Shown here: piece by piece, positions 48,284 through 58,500 of the stretch | How the letters are laid out: the number at the start of each line of letters is the position of its first letter | Position numbering within the stretch: position 1 is the first letter of the stretch | Virus record (IMG/VR): IMGVR_UViG_3300020463_003399 | Location: 25,561 to 89,560 of that record | Length of the DNA: 64,000 nt | Source of the DNA: a virus | Strand: one strand, 5' to 3' | Translations under genes and position numbers: made by a program | The notes under the pieces: model-generated | The model's input: the letters and a program-made list of their open reading frames with translations, nothing else | Database searches by the model: none | Told to the model about the DNA's origin: nothing

Positions 48284-49129
48284 ATGAGAAGTACAAATTT
48301 TTTTAAAACAGATACAATATCAGTATCTACACGATTGAATGAATATCTAAGGTCTAACTTTGGTTACGAAGTTGAAGGCGATTTAGATTCATTACGTGAG
48401 GCTAAAGCTAATCTTGAAGCCAAAAAACGTGAGATGAATGCTGATTATCAGAGCAAAGATTATGTAGAAACAATGCTTATGTTAGAAACAGTAAAAGCAT
48501 TATTGAAAGCACATCTTCCTGAAGGCGGCAAACATAAGTATGTTTCAGATGCACAACGCAAGGCAGTTCATGCCAAAAAAGCTGAGGAAACAAAGGAACC
48601 AAAAATGAAAAAAGAAGAAACTAAAGTTGAAGAAACCAAGGCTGAAAAGAAAAAGCCAGTGCAATGGCCTTCACAACCGTTAGAAGAATCACTTCTGGAT
48701 CAGTTAAACAAATTACTTGAAGGTGATGCGGCTGAGGCAGAAATCACAATGGCGGCACGTGGTATCGTAGACGAACTACAAGACGTTGTTGAGAAACTAG
48801 GTAAGATTCAAAACGACCAGTTAGGACCACTTGCAGATGAAATGGCTTACACACATGGACCTGAACAAGCTGAACAATTTAAATCTTCTGTTGACCAAGC
48901 GATTGCGGGTCTTTTAGACTCTGCACGTTCAACAAAAGATGCAGTAAATAATGCGGCTCTAGTAATTTCCGGTGAAGCACCAGCAGGCGACATGGAACCA
49001 GCACAAACAGAAATTGGCGGTGACATGGAAGACGATATGAAAGATGACATTGCGGCTGATTTATCAGGCGGAGATGAAGCATCTTCTGGTGAAGTTGATG
49101 AGCCTCTTGGCCGTTCAAAAAGAGACTAA
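48284..49129 (+). CDS. Probable prohead core / scaffold-like protein
   Basis: Late promoter; acidic helical protein with LEE/LLE sites; C-terminal LGRSKR. Confidence 0.5.
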   Translation: MRSTNFFKTDTISVSTRLNEYLRSNFGYEVEGDLDSLREAKANLEAKKREMNADYQSKDYVETMLMLETVKALLKAHLPEGGKHKYVSDAQRKAVHAKKAEETKEPKMKKEETKVEETKAEKKKPVQWPSQPLEESLLDQLNKLLEGDAAEAEITMAARGIVDELQDVVEKLGKIQNDQLGPLADEMAYTHGPEQAEQFKSSVDQAIAGLLDSARSTKDAVNNAALVISGEAPAGDMEPAQTEIGGDMEDDMKDDIAADLSGGDEASSGEVDEPLGRSKRD

Positions 49130-49131
49130 AG

Positions 49132-49458
49132 ATGAAGTTGCTTAGTCTTTTAAATGAAGACAATAATTATCAAGCACAACTACGCAATGATTTAAATGCG
49201 TATCTTGTTCGCTTGAAAGCAAATGATATTGGTACAGTAGGTACCGAAATGATGGTTGACGAACTAAACGATATGGGCTACAGTGTTACTCCAGAAAGTT
49301 TAGTTGATATGTTAGCCAATAGTAAGTACATTAGTAAAGTTACTCTTGATACTATTGACTTGAAGGGAGCCCCATCCGTTCAAGGACAAGATGCAGATAA
49401 AGAAAAAGAGAAAGTTTCTAAACTTGCTATAAAAACTGCACAGAAGAGGATAAAATAA
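49132..49458 (+). CDS. Hypothetical protein, probable internal head protein
   Basis: MKLLSLLNE leader. Confidence 0.55.
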   Translation: MKLLSLLNEDNNYQAQLRNDLNAYLVRLKANDIGTVGTEMMVDELNDMGYSVTPESLVDMLANSKYISKVTLDTIDLKGAPSVQGQDADKEKEKVSKLAIKTAQKRIK

Positions 49459-49901
49459 TGGCGTTAATAATTAAAGGCGATACAAAAATCGTTTCAAAAA
49501 AAGAGGCAAAAGAGAAAGTTATAATTGAATCTGAAAAACAAAAGTCAAATGGATTAGAAGGACTGACTCCTGCAAGAAGGGAATTACGTCAAGAAATTCT
49601 AAACGCCAAAAGACATCGTGAATTTATGGCAAAAATTGCACATAACGAAGCAGTCAAAACTAAAGTCAACAACGAAGATGTAAAAGTAGTAATAAGTACA
49701 CCAGAGGTTGTTGTTGAGGCAAAACCAGTAGAAGAAAATATTATTCAAGATGCTAAAGCAGTATCTTTAGCTGGTAGACCAAATTTTGAATCTATGACTA
49801 AAAAAGAATTAGATTTATGGGCAGAAGAAAATCTAGGATTAACACTAGATAGAAGAAAGACAAAAGCCACATTGATTGAAGAAATCAATCAAAATATGTA
49901 A
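49458..49901 (+). CDS. Protein with C-terminal HeH/Rho-N-like domain
   Basis: FESMTKKELDLWAEENLGLTLDRRKTKATLIEEI. Confidence 0.55.
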   Translation: MALIIKGDTKIVSKKEAKEKVIIESEKQKSNGLEGLTPARRELRQEILNAKRHREFMAKIAHNEAVKTKVNNEDVKVVISTPEVVVEAKPVEENIIQDAKAVSLAGRPNFESMTKKELDLWAEENLGLTLDRRKTKATLIEEINQNM

Positions 49902-49947
49902 TTTTACACTTGCAATCTCTTTAAAAATGTAGTATACTAGTTGTACT

Positions 49948-50637
49948 ATGCTTAAAGAACAATACAAATACGAATCCCTAAAAAGAGTTGAAGTAGATGG
50001 TGTTAGACATTATCAGACACCTGATGGCAAACCCTTGCCAAGTGTTACTACTGTACTTGATGCTCTTAAAGACAAAACTGCATTACATGAATGGCGTAAG
50101 AGAGTAGGCGATGAGGAAGCAAATCGTATTATGAAACTTGCTACTGGTATAGGAACTCAAGTACACTTACATATTGAAAAGTATATTCTTGAAGAAGATA
50201 GACCAGGTGGCACAAATCTTATACATCAAATGTCAAAAGAGTTATCTGATATTGTCATTGAAAAAGGACTTTCAAATGTAGATGAAGTTTGGGGTACAGA
50301 AGTTCCATTATATTATCCTGGTTTATATGCAGGAACTACAGATTGTGTTGGAGTATGGAAAGGCAAACCAGCTATTATAGATTTTAAAACATCACGTAAA
50401 CCAAAAAAGAAAGAATGGATCTCAGACTATTTCTTACAAGGCTCAGCATATGCGGCCGCTCATAACGAAGTTTATGGAACTGACATAAAAACTACTGTAA
50501 TTATGATGATTGGTTGGGACAAGGAAGCAGACAATATGGGCAATTATCAAGAATTTGTTGTTGAAGACGATGAATTTGATAAGTTTAGTCTTGATTGGGC
50601 AGGCAAGGTTCAAGAGTATTTTGATAAATACAAGTAG
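49948..50637 (+). CDS. PD-(D/E)XK exonuclease
   Basis: LPSVTTVL, GTQVH, YAGTTD, IIDFKTS, LQGSAYA; promoter TTGCAA-N17-TATACT. Confidence 0.88.
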   Translation: MLKEQYKYESLKRVEVDGVRHYQTPDGKPLPSVTTVLDALKDKTALHEWRKRVGDEEANRIMKLATGIGTQVHLHIEKYILEEDRPGGTNLIHQMSKELSDIVIEKGLSNVDEVWGTEVPLYYPGLYAGTTDCVGVWKGKPAIIDFKTSRKPKKKEWISDYFLQGSAYAAAHNEVYGTDIKTTVIMMIGWDKEADNMGNYQEFVVEDDEFDKFSLDWAGKVQEYFDKYK

Positions 50638-50653
50638 AATTTAGGAGTTTTAA

Positions 50654-51736
50654 ATGTCCACAACGAATAATGTTAAAATTTTACTAAGACGAGGTCTACG
50701 AAAAGACATAAGTGCAGATACACTGGAAACAGGTGAGTTAGGATTTACAAATGATACTAACCAACTATTTGTAGGTATTGATGATGCAGTTAACGAAGTT
50801 CAGTTTGACCCATTTGCAAATGCACAAGCAGTAATTCAATCTTGGTTAAACTCAGCGGATAACCCAGAGGCAGGCTTAACAGTTGACGAAGACTTAGTTA
50901 TTAGAAATGTTAGCGATGTAGATGCATTATTAAATGCAATGCATTATTATACACAAACTTTAGTATTTGATGGACAAGTAAATTTCACTTTAGGTGAAAC
51001 CCTAATTCAATATGAAGAAGATGATCCTGCTCCAAATCAAACTTGGAAGAAATTTACAGAAGGTGAAATCTTAACTTCAACAATCGATACAGTAAATAAC
51101 ACAACAACAATTACGGCAAAAGTTTCAGAGCAAGAACCTTTAGGTTTTTATAGTGAAACAGTATCAGACGAAGACGAGTATTATTTCTCTACTACAACAA
51201 CAGGCTCTATAGAACCTGTGAAAGCTACAAGTGTTAGCGGAGCAAGTGAGTTCATAGCGAGTTTATTTGGTAGAGCAAGAAAGAATGTAGAAGTTGTAAC
51301 AGAGAATACATTTAATCAAATGTTTACTGACCAACATCTTCAAGCATTAGATACATCTACAGGTTTACGTTCAAGTCTATACAAAAAAGAATTATCTGGG
51401 ACTGCTGGAACATTTTTATCTTATGATAAAAATATATGTACTACATTTTTTATTGATTACTCTTTAAAACAAGTAGGTAGTTCAGCTACTTTTGTCCGTG
51501 TTGGAACAATGAAAGTCATTAATGGAGTCCCTCAAGGTATAACTCAAGTTAAACTTACAGATGATAATACTGAAATTTGGCAAGATATTAATACAAACAA
51601 TACGGCAGATGTAGACGAATTTTCAAATATTGAATTCGTATCTGCGATTGATGGTGATAATGTCAAATTCAACTATACACAAGATGCAGGTTTTACTACA
51701 GAAATAAGTTATACTGTTAAACGATGGACAATGTAA
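50654..51736 (+). CDS. Tail/baseplate-associated structural protein
   Basis: N-terminal KILLRRG...LETGELGFTNDTNQLFVG, typical of fibre/baseplate proteins; late promoter. Confidence 0.6.
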   Translation: MSTTNNVKILLRRGLRKDISADTLETGELGFTNDTNQLFVGIDDAVNEVQFDPFANAQAVIQSWLNSADNPEAGLTVDEDLVIRNVSDVDALLNAMHYYTQTLVFDGQVNFTLGETLIQYEEDDPAPNQTWKKFTEGEILTSTIDTVNNTTTITAKVSEQEPLGFYSETVSDEDEYYFSTTTTGSIEPVKATSVSGASEFIASLFGRARKNVEVVTENTFNQMFTDQHLQALDTSTGLRSSLYKKELSGTAGTFLSYDKNICTTFFIDYSLKQVGSSATFVRVGTMKVINGVPQGITQVKLTDDNTEIWQDINTNNTADVDEFSNIEFVSAIDGDNVKFNYTQDAGFTTEISYTVKRWTM

Positions 51737-52180
51737 ATGCGTGATAAAGCTACTTTGCTTTATGAGTGGCGTCAAATTAGATTAAACTTACAAAAAGAAT
51801 TCTCTCAAAAGCAACTTCAAGAATTAATAGATTGGCTAGCAAGACTAGATCCTGCAGTCCACGGTTTTAATTTTGATGACATGACTACTTGGCCTGATAT
51901 CTGGGAATATATAAACGAAGGATATTATACTAGAAGTGGAAATGGACTTGCTTGTTTATATACATTACATCATGCACAACCAGAGAAAGACAATCAGTTA
52001 TGGCTAGTTCATGATATGTATTATGGTGATATGTATTTGGTTGCGTACAGTGAAGGATACATACTAAATAGAGCGAACAATGAAATATGTGTTTATGAAG
52101 AAGTAAAAAAAGACTTGGATATTATAAAGAAATATGATGCAAGTGATATTATTACTACACTGAAATATAGTAGGGAATAA
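51737..52180 (+). CDS. Hypothetical protein
   Basis: Coupled ORF; WPDIWE. Confidence 0.6.
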   Translation: MRDKATLLYEWRQIRLNLQKEFSQKQLQELIDWLARLDPAVHGFNFDDMTTWPDIWEYINEGYYTRSGNGLACLYTLHHAQPEKDNQLWLVHDMYYGDMYLVAYSEGYILNRANNEICVYEEVKKDLDIIKKYDASDIITTLKYSRE

Positions 52181-52188
52181 ATATAATT

Positions 52189-53625
52189 ATGGAAGCAATA
52201 GATAAACATTTAGAAAAAAGATACGAACAAGGTTTTGTAACAGAAGTAGAAGCCTATACATTGCCACCTGGATTAAACGAAGATGTGGTAACAAAGATAT
52301 CACAGTTTAAAAAAGAACCACAATGGTTATTAGACTGGAGACTTAAAGCATATAACAGATGGCTTAAAATGGAAGAACCCAAATGGTCTGAATTAGATAT
52401 TGAACCAATAGATTATCAATCTATATCATATTACTCTACACCAAAGCCTAAACTTAATTCTATAGATGAAGTTGATCCAGAAGTATTAGCAACATTTGAA
52501 AAATTAGGTATACCAACACAAGAACAAGCGGCTTTGGCAGGTGTGGCAGTGGATGCCGTGTTTGACAGTGTTTCAGTTGCAACAACATTTAAAGAAGAAT
52601 TATCAAAGCAAGGTATTATATTTGGTTCGTTTGGCGATGCAGTACAAGAGCATCCTGAACTAGTAAAAAAATATCTTGGTTCAGTAATACCAATTTCTGA
52701 TAATTATTTTGCTTGTTTAAATTCAGCAGTATTTACAGATGGTTCATTTTGTTATATTCCAAAAGGTGTAAGATGTCCTATGGAACTTTCAACATATTTT
52801 AGAATCAATCAAGCAAATACAGGACAGTTCGAAAGAACATTAATTATAGCAGAAGATGATAGCTACGTATCATATCTTGAAGGGTGTACTGCACCTGCTA
52901 GAGATGAAAACCAACTACATGCCGCATGTGTTGAAATTGTAGCAAAAGATAGAGCGGAAGTAAAATATTCAACTGTACAAAACTGGTATCCAGGTGATCC
53001 TGTAACTGGTAAAGGCGGAGTTTATAACTTTGTTACTAAAAGAGCATTGTGCAAAGGATTTAAAAGTAGGGTGACTTGGACTCAAGTTGAAACAGGTTCA
53101 GCACTTACTTGGAAGTATCCAAGTTGTATATTAAAAGGAGATGAGTCTCAAGGAGAATTTTATAGTGTAGCGATATCAACCGGAAGACAACAGGCTGATA
53201 CAGGAACAAAAATGATACACTTAGGTAAGAATACTACTTCAACAATAATATCAAAAGGCATTTCTGCAAAATATGGAAAACAAGTATATAGAGGAAGAGT
53301 CAAATTAAACAAACGTGCAGGAAGTAGTGCTTCCAAAAACTTTACACAATGCGATAGTATGTTGATTGGTAATAAATGTGCGGCAATTACTATTCCTTAT
53401 ATAGAGAATCAAGGCGCTGGTGCATCTATAAATCATGAGGCAACAACATCAAAAGTATCAGAGGAAATGATATTTTATCTTAGAAGTCGTGGTTTGGATG
53501 AAGAACAAGCAACCAATTTAATTGTTAATGGCTTTGTAAAAGACGTAATTCAAAGATTACCTATGGAATTTGCCGTTGAGGCTAATAAGTTATTAGAAGT
53601 AACACTTGAAGGCTCAGTTGGTTAA
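52189..53625 (+). CDS. sufB: Fe-S cluster assembly scaffold SufB
   Basis: [50 protein letters not shown]. Confidence 0.96.
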   Translation: MEAIDKHLEKRYEQGFVTEVEAYTLPPGLNEDVVTKISQFKKEPQWLLDWRLKAYNRWLKMEEPKWSELDIEPIDYQSISYYSTPKPKLNSIDEVDPEVLATFEKLGIPTQEQAALAGVAVDAVFDSVSVATTFKEELSKQGIIFGSFGDAVQEHPELVKKYLGSVIPISDNYFACLNSAVFTDGSFCYIPKGVRCPMELSTYFRINQANTGQFERTLIIAEDDSYVSYLEGCTAPARDENQLHAACVEIVAKDRAEVKYSTVQNWYPGDPVTGKGGVYNFVTKRALCKGFKSRVTWTQVETGSALTWKYPSCILKGDESQGEFYSVAISTGRQQADTGTKMIHLGKNTTSTIISKGISAKYGKQVYRGRVKLNKRAGSSASKNFTQCDSMLIGNKCAAITIPYIENQGAGASINHEATTSKVSEEMIFYLRSRGLDEEQATNLIVNGFVKDVIQRLPMEFAVEANKLLEVTLEGSVG

Positions 53626-53669
53626 AGAATAAATACGTATATAATTAACGAGATAAATACGAGAAGGAT

Positions 53670-53978
53670 ATGTTAAAACAAAAAAGATACGAAGAAAACG
53701 ATATTGTCACAGTTGTATTAACTGGTGGACAAGAATTATTAGGGAAGTTTGTTAGTGAAAGTGGAGAATATTTTATTCTAAAAAAACCATTAACATTAGT
53801 ATATGGAAAGCAAATTTCATTTCAACCATTCACTGTAACAGGTGATAGTAACAATGAAGTAGTTTTATATTCTGATAAGATAGTTTCAGTTTTACAAACA
53901 AACGAAGAAACAACAAAAGCATACACGGCCGCAACTGCAGGCGTGATTGCACCAGAGAAAAAAGGACTAATTACATAA
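53670..53978 (+). CDS. Small Sm-like-fold protein
   Basis: IVTVVLTGGQELLGKF...LKKP pattern. Confidence 0.45.
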   Translation: MLKQKRYEENDIVTVVLTGGQELLGKFVSESGEYFILKKPLTLVYGKQISFQPFTVTGDSNNEVVLYSDKIVSVLQTNEETTKAYTAATAGVIAPEKKGLIT

Positions 53979-54268
53979 TGCCTTTAACTGCTAGAACTAC
54001 AGATAAAACAACTGCACATACACCATGTGCTCCTGGAGAATGTAGTGCAGGATCAAACAATGTGTTTGTAAATAATTTGCCTGCATTTAGAGTTACAGAT
54101 AAAGATACACCTCACGGTTTTATTTTATGTGTGCCTCACGTTACTCCATTATCAGAAGGCTCACCAAACGTTTTTGTAAACAATTTACCTTTAGGTAGAT
54201 TAGGTGATGCGTTTAGTTGTGGGATCAAAGTTGCTAGTGGATCGCCAAATGTAATTACCAACGGATAA
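53978..54268 (+). CDS. PAAR-repeat spike tip protein (gp5.4-like)
   Basis: Repeated GSxNVFVNNLP..R..D; His/Cys ligands. Confidence 0.9.
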   Translation: MPLTARTTDKTTAHTPCAPGECSAGSNNVFVNNLPAFRVTDKDTPHGFILCVPHVTPLSEGSPNVFVNNLPLGRLGDAFSCGIKVASGSPNVITNG

Positions 54269-54272
54269 CACA

Positions 54273-56012
54273 ATGGCAAGTGAAGCGGAACTAGAGAGAC
54301 TTTATCAAGAGTTTGTTTTAAGAGGTGGCGGAGCATTTACTTTTTCTAACGTAAATCAAACTCCTGCACAATTTTATAGCAGTACTGCTGGTAATACTTT
54401 AACTCCAACTCAACAAGCATTTCTTGAACAACAACAATTACAATTCAATAGACAATCAGCATTAAGTACTATTGCAAACGAACTTTCAGGCAATAACTTT
54501 ACTAATCCATATATTTCACGTGCAGATAATAGTATAGGATTAGTAGGTACGTTTGCTAATACTTTAGGACTTGTAGGTGGTATAGGTGCTATCGGTACTG
54601 CATTAGGAAACTTTAGTGATTTAGAAAAGGCGGCAATCTTTGCAGGTGTTTTATCAGCAACAGGTATTGACTTAGATAAAGTGCTAAAAATAGGAACTAT
54701 AGGTGCATTAGCTATAGCAATGTTCAATAGTTTAAAAAATCATACTGCAGGTCAGATGGGTAATTTACCTCAGACATTATCAGATGCTAGTGCGTTAGCA
54801 GGTATGAATGCACAGTTTGGTGAACAACGTGAAAGTTGTTCATTCTTCAATGAAATACTAGGAGTTCTAAGTGGTGCGTTTGATGGTTCAATGGATTTTA
54901 TTGATAAAGCATTTGAAAAATTAAATGGATTTATGAAAGATACTGGCATAACTGGTGTACTAGATGATATAGCAAGTGCAATAGGAAGTGCAGGAAGTGT
55001 TATTGGTGATGTTATAAGTGCGATTGGAGATGTAATAGGACAAGTAACAAATGCAATAAGTTCAGCATTGGGTGAAGTGGGTAGTTTAGTTGGTAAAGTT
55101 ATAAATGCAGTAGCAGATATAACAAATCAAATTGCAAACGAGGCGGCAAAGTTATTAAATCTTGCTACAGAATTAGCAAGTAAGGCATTAGCATTAGCAA
55201 TGGCGGCCGCGGCATTAGACCCATGTCAAATGGCAGTTATTCTTAATACTGGTAGTCAAGATATGAAGAACGCAGTAAACAAATTGAATACAAATATGAG
55301 TAATGATTCTGCTATACCTACACAGATAGATTCAAGAGCAAACGCAGACACAGTAATAAAAACTATGGATCAAGCAAAACAAGAAGCATCACAATCAAAA
55401 GGTGTTCCTCAATCTCCATTTACAGAAACTGGAAAAACTCATTTACCTTTAGATGCATACATACATAATCTGTTCGAAGAAATTACAGGAATATTCGGAG
55501 ATACTTTTGAAGCACTTGAAAATGCAGTAGGTGGTACAAAGATTGCCCCTATAGCAAATACAGGTTCATCAGCATCTTCATCTACACCTAATCCTCATAA
55601 AGATAAAACTACTACAACAATATCAAGTGATGCATGGAAGCAATGGCAGACAAGTTATTCAAATGGTCTATTTGCTTTAAAGAGAGATTTGAAATCATTG
55701 AAAGTTACAATTTCAGATGCAGTAGCGAATAAGTCTTTTTCTACAGAAGACTTAAAAAAACAAGCAGTTATTTTAGCAGAACAATTATCGACAAACGAGT
55801 TAAGAGTTTCTTCTGAATTAAAAAGAGCAAACAAGCAATTAACATATGAGTCAGAAGGAAATAAATTTAGAATTCAAACTAGAGAAGATGAAAAAATGGC
55901 ATTGTTAAATTCTAATATTGGACCTGCTACAGAGAGATTAATCATAAGACTTAATAGAGAATTAGCATCAGCAAGAACTAGCTGGAATTCTATTGACCAG
56001 AATGTGCGATAA
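54273..56012 (+). CDS. Ala/Gly-rich helical protein, probably virion-associated
   Basis: Hydrophobic and amphipathic helices; directly follows PAAR. Confidence 0.55.
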   Translation: MASEAELERLYQEFVLRGGGAFTFSNVNQTPAQFYSSTAGNTLTPTQQAFLEQQQLQFNRQSALSTIANELSGNNFTNPYISRADNSIGLVGTFANTLGLVGGIGAIGTALGNFSDLEKAAIFAGVLSATGIDLDKVLKIGTIGALAIAMFNSLKNHTAGQMGNLPQTLSDASALAGMNAQFGEQRESCSFFNEILGVLSGAFDGSMDFIDKAFEKLNGFMKDTGITGVLDDIASAIGSAGSVIGDVISAIGDVIGQVTNAISSALGEVGSLVGKVINAVADITNQIANEAAKLLNLATELASKALALAMAAAALDPCQMAVILNTGSQDMKNAVNKLNTNMSNDSAIPTQIDSRANADTVIKTMDQAKQEASQSKGVPQSPFTETGKTHLPLDAYIHNLFEEITGIFGDTFEALENAVGGTKIAPIANTGSSASSSTPNPHKDKTTTTISSDAWKQWQTSYSNGLFALKRDLKSLKVTISDAVANKSFSTEDLKKQAVILAEQLSTNELRVSSELKRANKQLTYESEGNKFRIQTREDEKMALLNSNIGPATERLIIRLNRELASARTSWNSIDQNVR

Positions 56013-56605
56013 TGATTTGGCTATTTGGTGAAACATCAGATTTTTCTAAATCTTTACTAAACGAACTAAAAAAGAAAAACGATGATATTGAAACGTTTGG
56101 TAGACGAAACATATCGTATATTGAATACGTAAGGTCAGAGATTAATCTAAATGAAACTCTCCCAGACAAAGTAATCGTAAATATAAATCTAAACCCACAA
56201 CTTTCGTTAATGAAAGGTGATAAGTGGGTCAAGCCTTTACAAGTTATATATTTTATTTCAGATTTACTTCAGGCTTTTTATGAGTCAGGTAAAGATATAA
56301 CAGTTGTATACATTACAAGTTCAATAGCAGTAAATCGTTCACCTGAAAAATATTTTCTAAAACATAAAGATTATATTTCTATTCGACAAACACAACAAGC
56401 TATGTGGTCTTCATATGATTTAAATAAACTTAAAGTATTAGGAGTTAGCCCTTCAAATATTGATGGTAAGAATATGCAAAAGTATTCTGAAAGAATAGTA
56501 GGGTTTCTCTATGATACGCCTCCTGTAAGAAAATCACTAATAGATTTAAGCTGGCACAATGGCACCAAAGATGAGTGGGTTGAATTGTACAAAGTTGATA
56601 AATAG
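56012..56605 (+). CDS. Degenerate SDR/Rossmann-like protein
   Basis: IWLFGETSDFS, VYITSS, Y-x3-R. Confidence 0.45.
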   Translation: MIWLFGETSDFSKSLLNELKKKNDDIETFGRRNISYIEYVRSEINLNETLPDKVIVNINLNPQLSLMKGDKWVKPLQVIYFISDLLQAFYESGKDITVVYITSSIAVNRSPEKYFLKHKDYISIRQTQQAMWSSYDLNKLKVLGVSPSNIDGKNMQKYSERIVGFLYDTPPVRKSLIDLSWHNGTKDEWVELYKVDK

Positions 56606-56609
56606 ATAT

Positions 56610-57290
56610 ATGCGTATAGAAGAAATCATACAATCATTTGAAGAAGGTATTAACGACCCTCACATTTTTAAAGCAGTATTCATGGCTGGCGGACCTGGTT
56701 CTGGTAAGTCATTTGTTGCTGATAAGATGTTGAAAGGTACTGGCTTGAAAATGGTAAACTCAGACCAAGTCTTTGAACTTATGATGAACAAAGACGGAAT
56801 TGAAATGACTCCAGATAATGTTGGTAGTGAAGAAGGTCAAGAAAGACGAGAAAGAGCAAAAAAACTTACAGTTAAAAGAAAAGATATTTTCTTAGATGGT
56901 AAACTTGGTGTCGTTATCGATGGTACTGGTAAAGACGTTATGAAGATTGGTAAGATTAAAGAAAGTCTTGAAAAGCTAGGTTATGATAGTATGATGCTTT
57001 TTGTTAATACTAGTTTAGATGTTGCACTACAAAGAAATCAAAAAAGAGATAGAAGTGTACCTGAAGACATGGTAAAAGACATGTGGAAACAAGTACAAGA
57101 CAACATTATGAAATTTCAACAAATGTTTGGTGCTCCAAACTTCTATGTTGTCGATAATTCAGGCGGACTAGAAGATCCAAATAGACAGAAAAACTTTGTT
57201 AAAGTAGATAGAGCGATTGATAAATTCTTAGTTCAACCTCCAACAAAACGTGTCGCTAGAGATTGGATTCAAGCAAATACCCGAAAATAA
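56610..57290 (+). CDS. P-loop kinase (zeta-toxin/AAA_33-like), start revised
   Basis: AGGPGSGKS, VNSD, VIDGTG, RNQKRDRSVP; GATAAATA-N5-ATG. Confidence 0.8.
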   Translation: MRIEEIIQSFEEGINDPHIFKAVFMAGGPGSGKSFVADKMLKGTGLKMVNSDQVFELMMNKDGIEMTPDNVGSEEGQERRERAKKLTVKRKDIFLDGKLGVVIDGTGKDVMKIGKIKESLEKLGYDSMMLFVNTSLDVALQRNQKRDRSVPEDMVKDMWKQVQDNIMKFQQMFGAPNFYVVDNSGGLEDPNRQKNFVKVDRAIDKFLVQPPTKRVARDWIQANTRK

Positions 57291-57345
57291 GCATTGACAA
57301 CCACACATAAATATTGTATTCTTATAGAAAGAATATAGGTGAAAA

Positions 57346-58215
57346 GTGTCAGAAATCATAGAACAATTTAAAAAGTATAGAAAGCAGATAGACTTAGAGT
57401 TTCTATCAGATACCCATGTGCATTATTGTACGCCTTGTTATGGTGGACAAATATCAGAAGGATTTTTTCGTTCTTGGTCAAAAGCACATATGACGTATAC
57501 AAAATACGGCATTCCATATTCAGTAACTACATCAGCAAATGAATCTTTAGTAACAAGAGCAAGATGTCATATGGTTGCGTATATGATGGCAAATCCAAAA
57601 GCTACACACTTAATGTTTATTGATGCAGATATTAACTTTGATTGTATTGATATTTTACATATGGTACAACATGATAAAGATATTATTGTAGGTGCATATC
57701 CAAAGAAAGATTTAGATTGGCGTGAGTTTGAAAGAAAAGTACTTCAAGGTAAACAACGTAGTGTTGAAGAATTGAAATCATTAGGTTCTAAGTATGCATT
57801 AAATTTTGATTGGATTGTAAACGAAGAAACTAATGAAAGAGAAATTGACGTAAAAGACGGATTGATAAAACTAAAAGATGCGGCTACAGGATTTATGTTA
57901 ATCAAACGTGAAGTATTTCTTAAAATGATGGACGCATATCCTGACTTATATTTTCATAATGATTTAGAATTACCAGAAAACGAAGCCAAATACACTTATC
58001 TATTTTTTGATGCTATGCATGAAAAAGAAACAAAAAGATATCTATCAGAAGATTATGCTTTTTGTAGAAGATGGCAAGCATTAGGTGGCGAGGTTTGGTT
58101 AGATCCACTTATTAAACTGGATCATATAGGTCACTTTACGTTTCCTGGTGAAATCAGTAAATTGTTTATGTCAACAAATAGTACTAACTCACCCTCAGAT
58201 GAGTTAGATACTTAA
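57346..58215 (+). CDS. GT-A-fold glycosyltransferase-like protein
   Basis: TPCYGG, ESLVTRAR, LMFIDAD, TGFMLIKR, SEDYAFC, LDHIG; promoter TTGACA-N17-TATTCT at 57294. Confidence 0.75.
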   Translation: MSEIIEQFKKYRKQIDLEFLSDTHVHYCTPCYGGQISEGFFRSWSKAHMTYTKYGIPYSVTTSANESLVTRARCHMVAYMMANPKATHLMFIDADINFDCIDILHMVQHDKDIIVGAYPKKDLDWREFERKVLQGKQRSVEELKSLGSKYALNFDWIVNEETNEREIDVKDGLIKLKDAATGFMLIKREVFLKMMDAYPDLYFHNDLELPENEAKYTYLFFDAMHEKETKRYLSEDYAFCRRWQALGGEVWLDPLIKLDHIGHFTFPGEISKLFMSTNSTNSPSDELDT

Positions 58216-58216
58216 G

Positions 58217-58264
58217 TTATTTTCCGTTAATAAAGTCTAGTTCGTCATCAGTGTAAGGCCACAT
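58217..58264 (-). CDS. 15-aa micro-ORF MWPYTDDELDFINGK
   Basis: SD GAGGAG 7 nt before the ATG. Confidence 0.55.
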   Translation of the reverse strand: MWPYTDDELDFINGK

Positions 58265-58358
58265 GATGCATCTCCTCTTTTCTTTTATTTTTTTTATCTA
58301 AAATACCTCTTCCAGCATCACTAGATATTATTATACTTGATACTAAACCTAGTATCAT
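58248..58358 (-). CDS. Possible 36-aa ORF MILGLVSSIIISSDAGRGILDKKNKRKEEMHHVALH
   Basis: Open frame filling the gap; no adjacent SD. Confidence 0.3.
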   Translation of the reverse strand: MILGLVSSIIISSDAGRGILDKKNKRKEEMHHVALH

Positions 58359-58374
58359 AAAGATGCGAATGAAT

Positions 58375-58497
58375 TTAGGCTATCTCCTTGCCACACATTA
58401 AGTCTTTCGCTTTTTTGTGATGGCCTTGTCTTGCTAATTCAGTCGCCGCTCTCATACGTCCAATATGTTCAAACCATGCAAGTAATCTTTTAACCAT
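58375..58497 (-). CDS. 40-aa micro-ORF MVKRLLAWFEHIGRMRAATELARQGHHKKAKDLMCGKEIA
   Basis: Starts 3 nt after the upstream stop; basic amphipathic helix. Confidence 0.65.
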   Translation of the reverse strand: MVKRLLAWFEHIGRMRAATELARQGHHKKAKDLMCGKEIA

Positions 58498-58500
58498 ATA

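Noticed and set aside
53978-54268. Type VI secretion system
   Set aside because: PAAR, sheath and tube lie in a phage context with terminase; no T6SS membrane complex
56610-57290. Epsilon-zeta toxin-antitoxin pair
   Set aside because: No antitoxin-like upstream ORF; own late promoter and CTS-like leader
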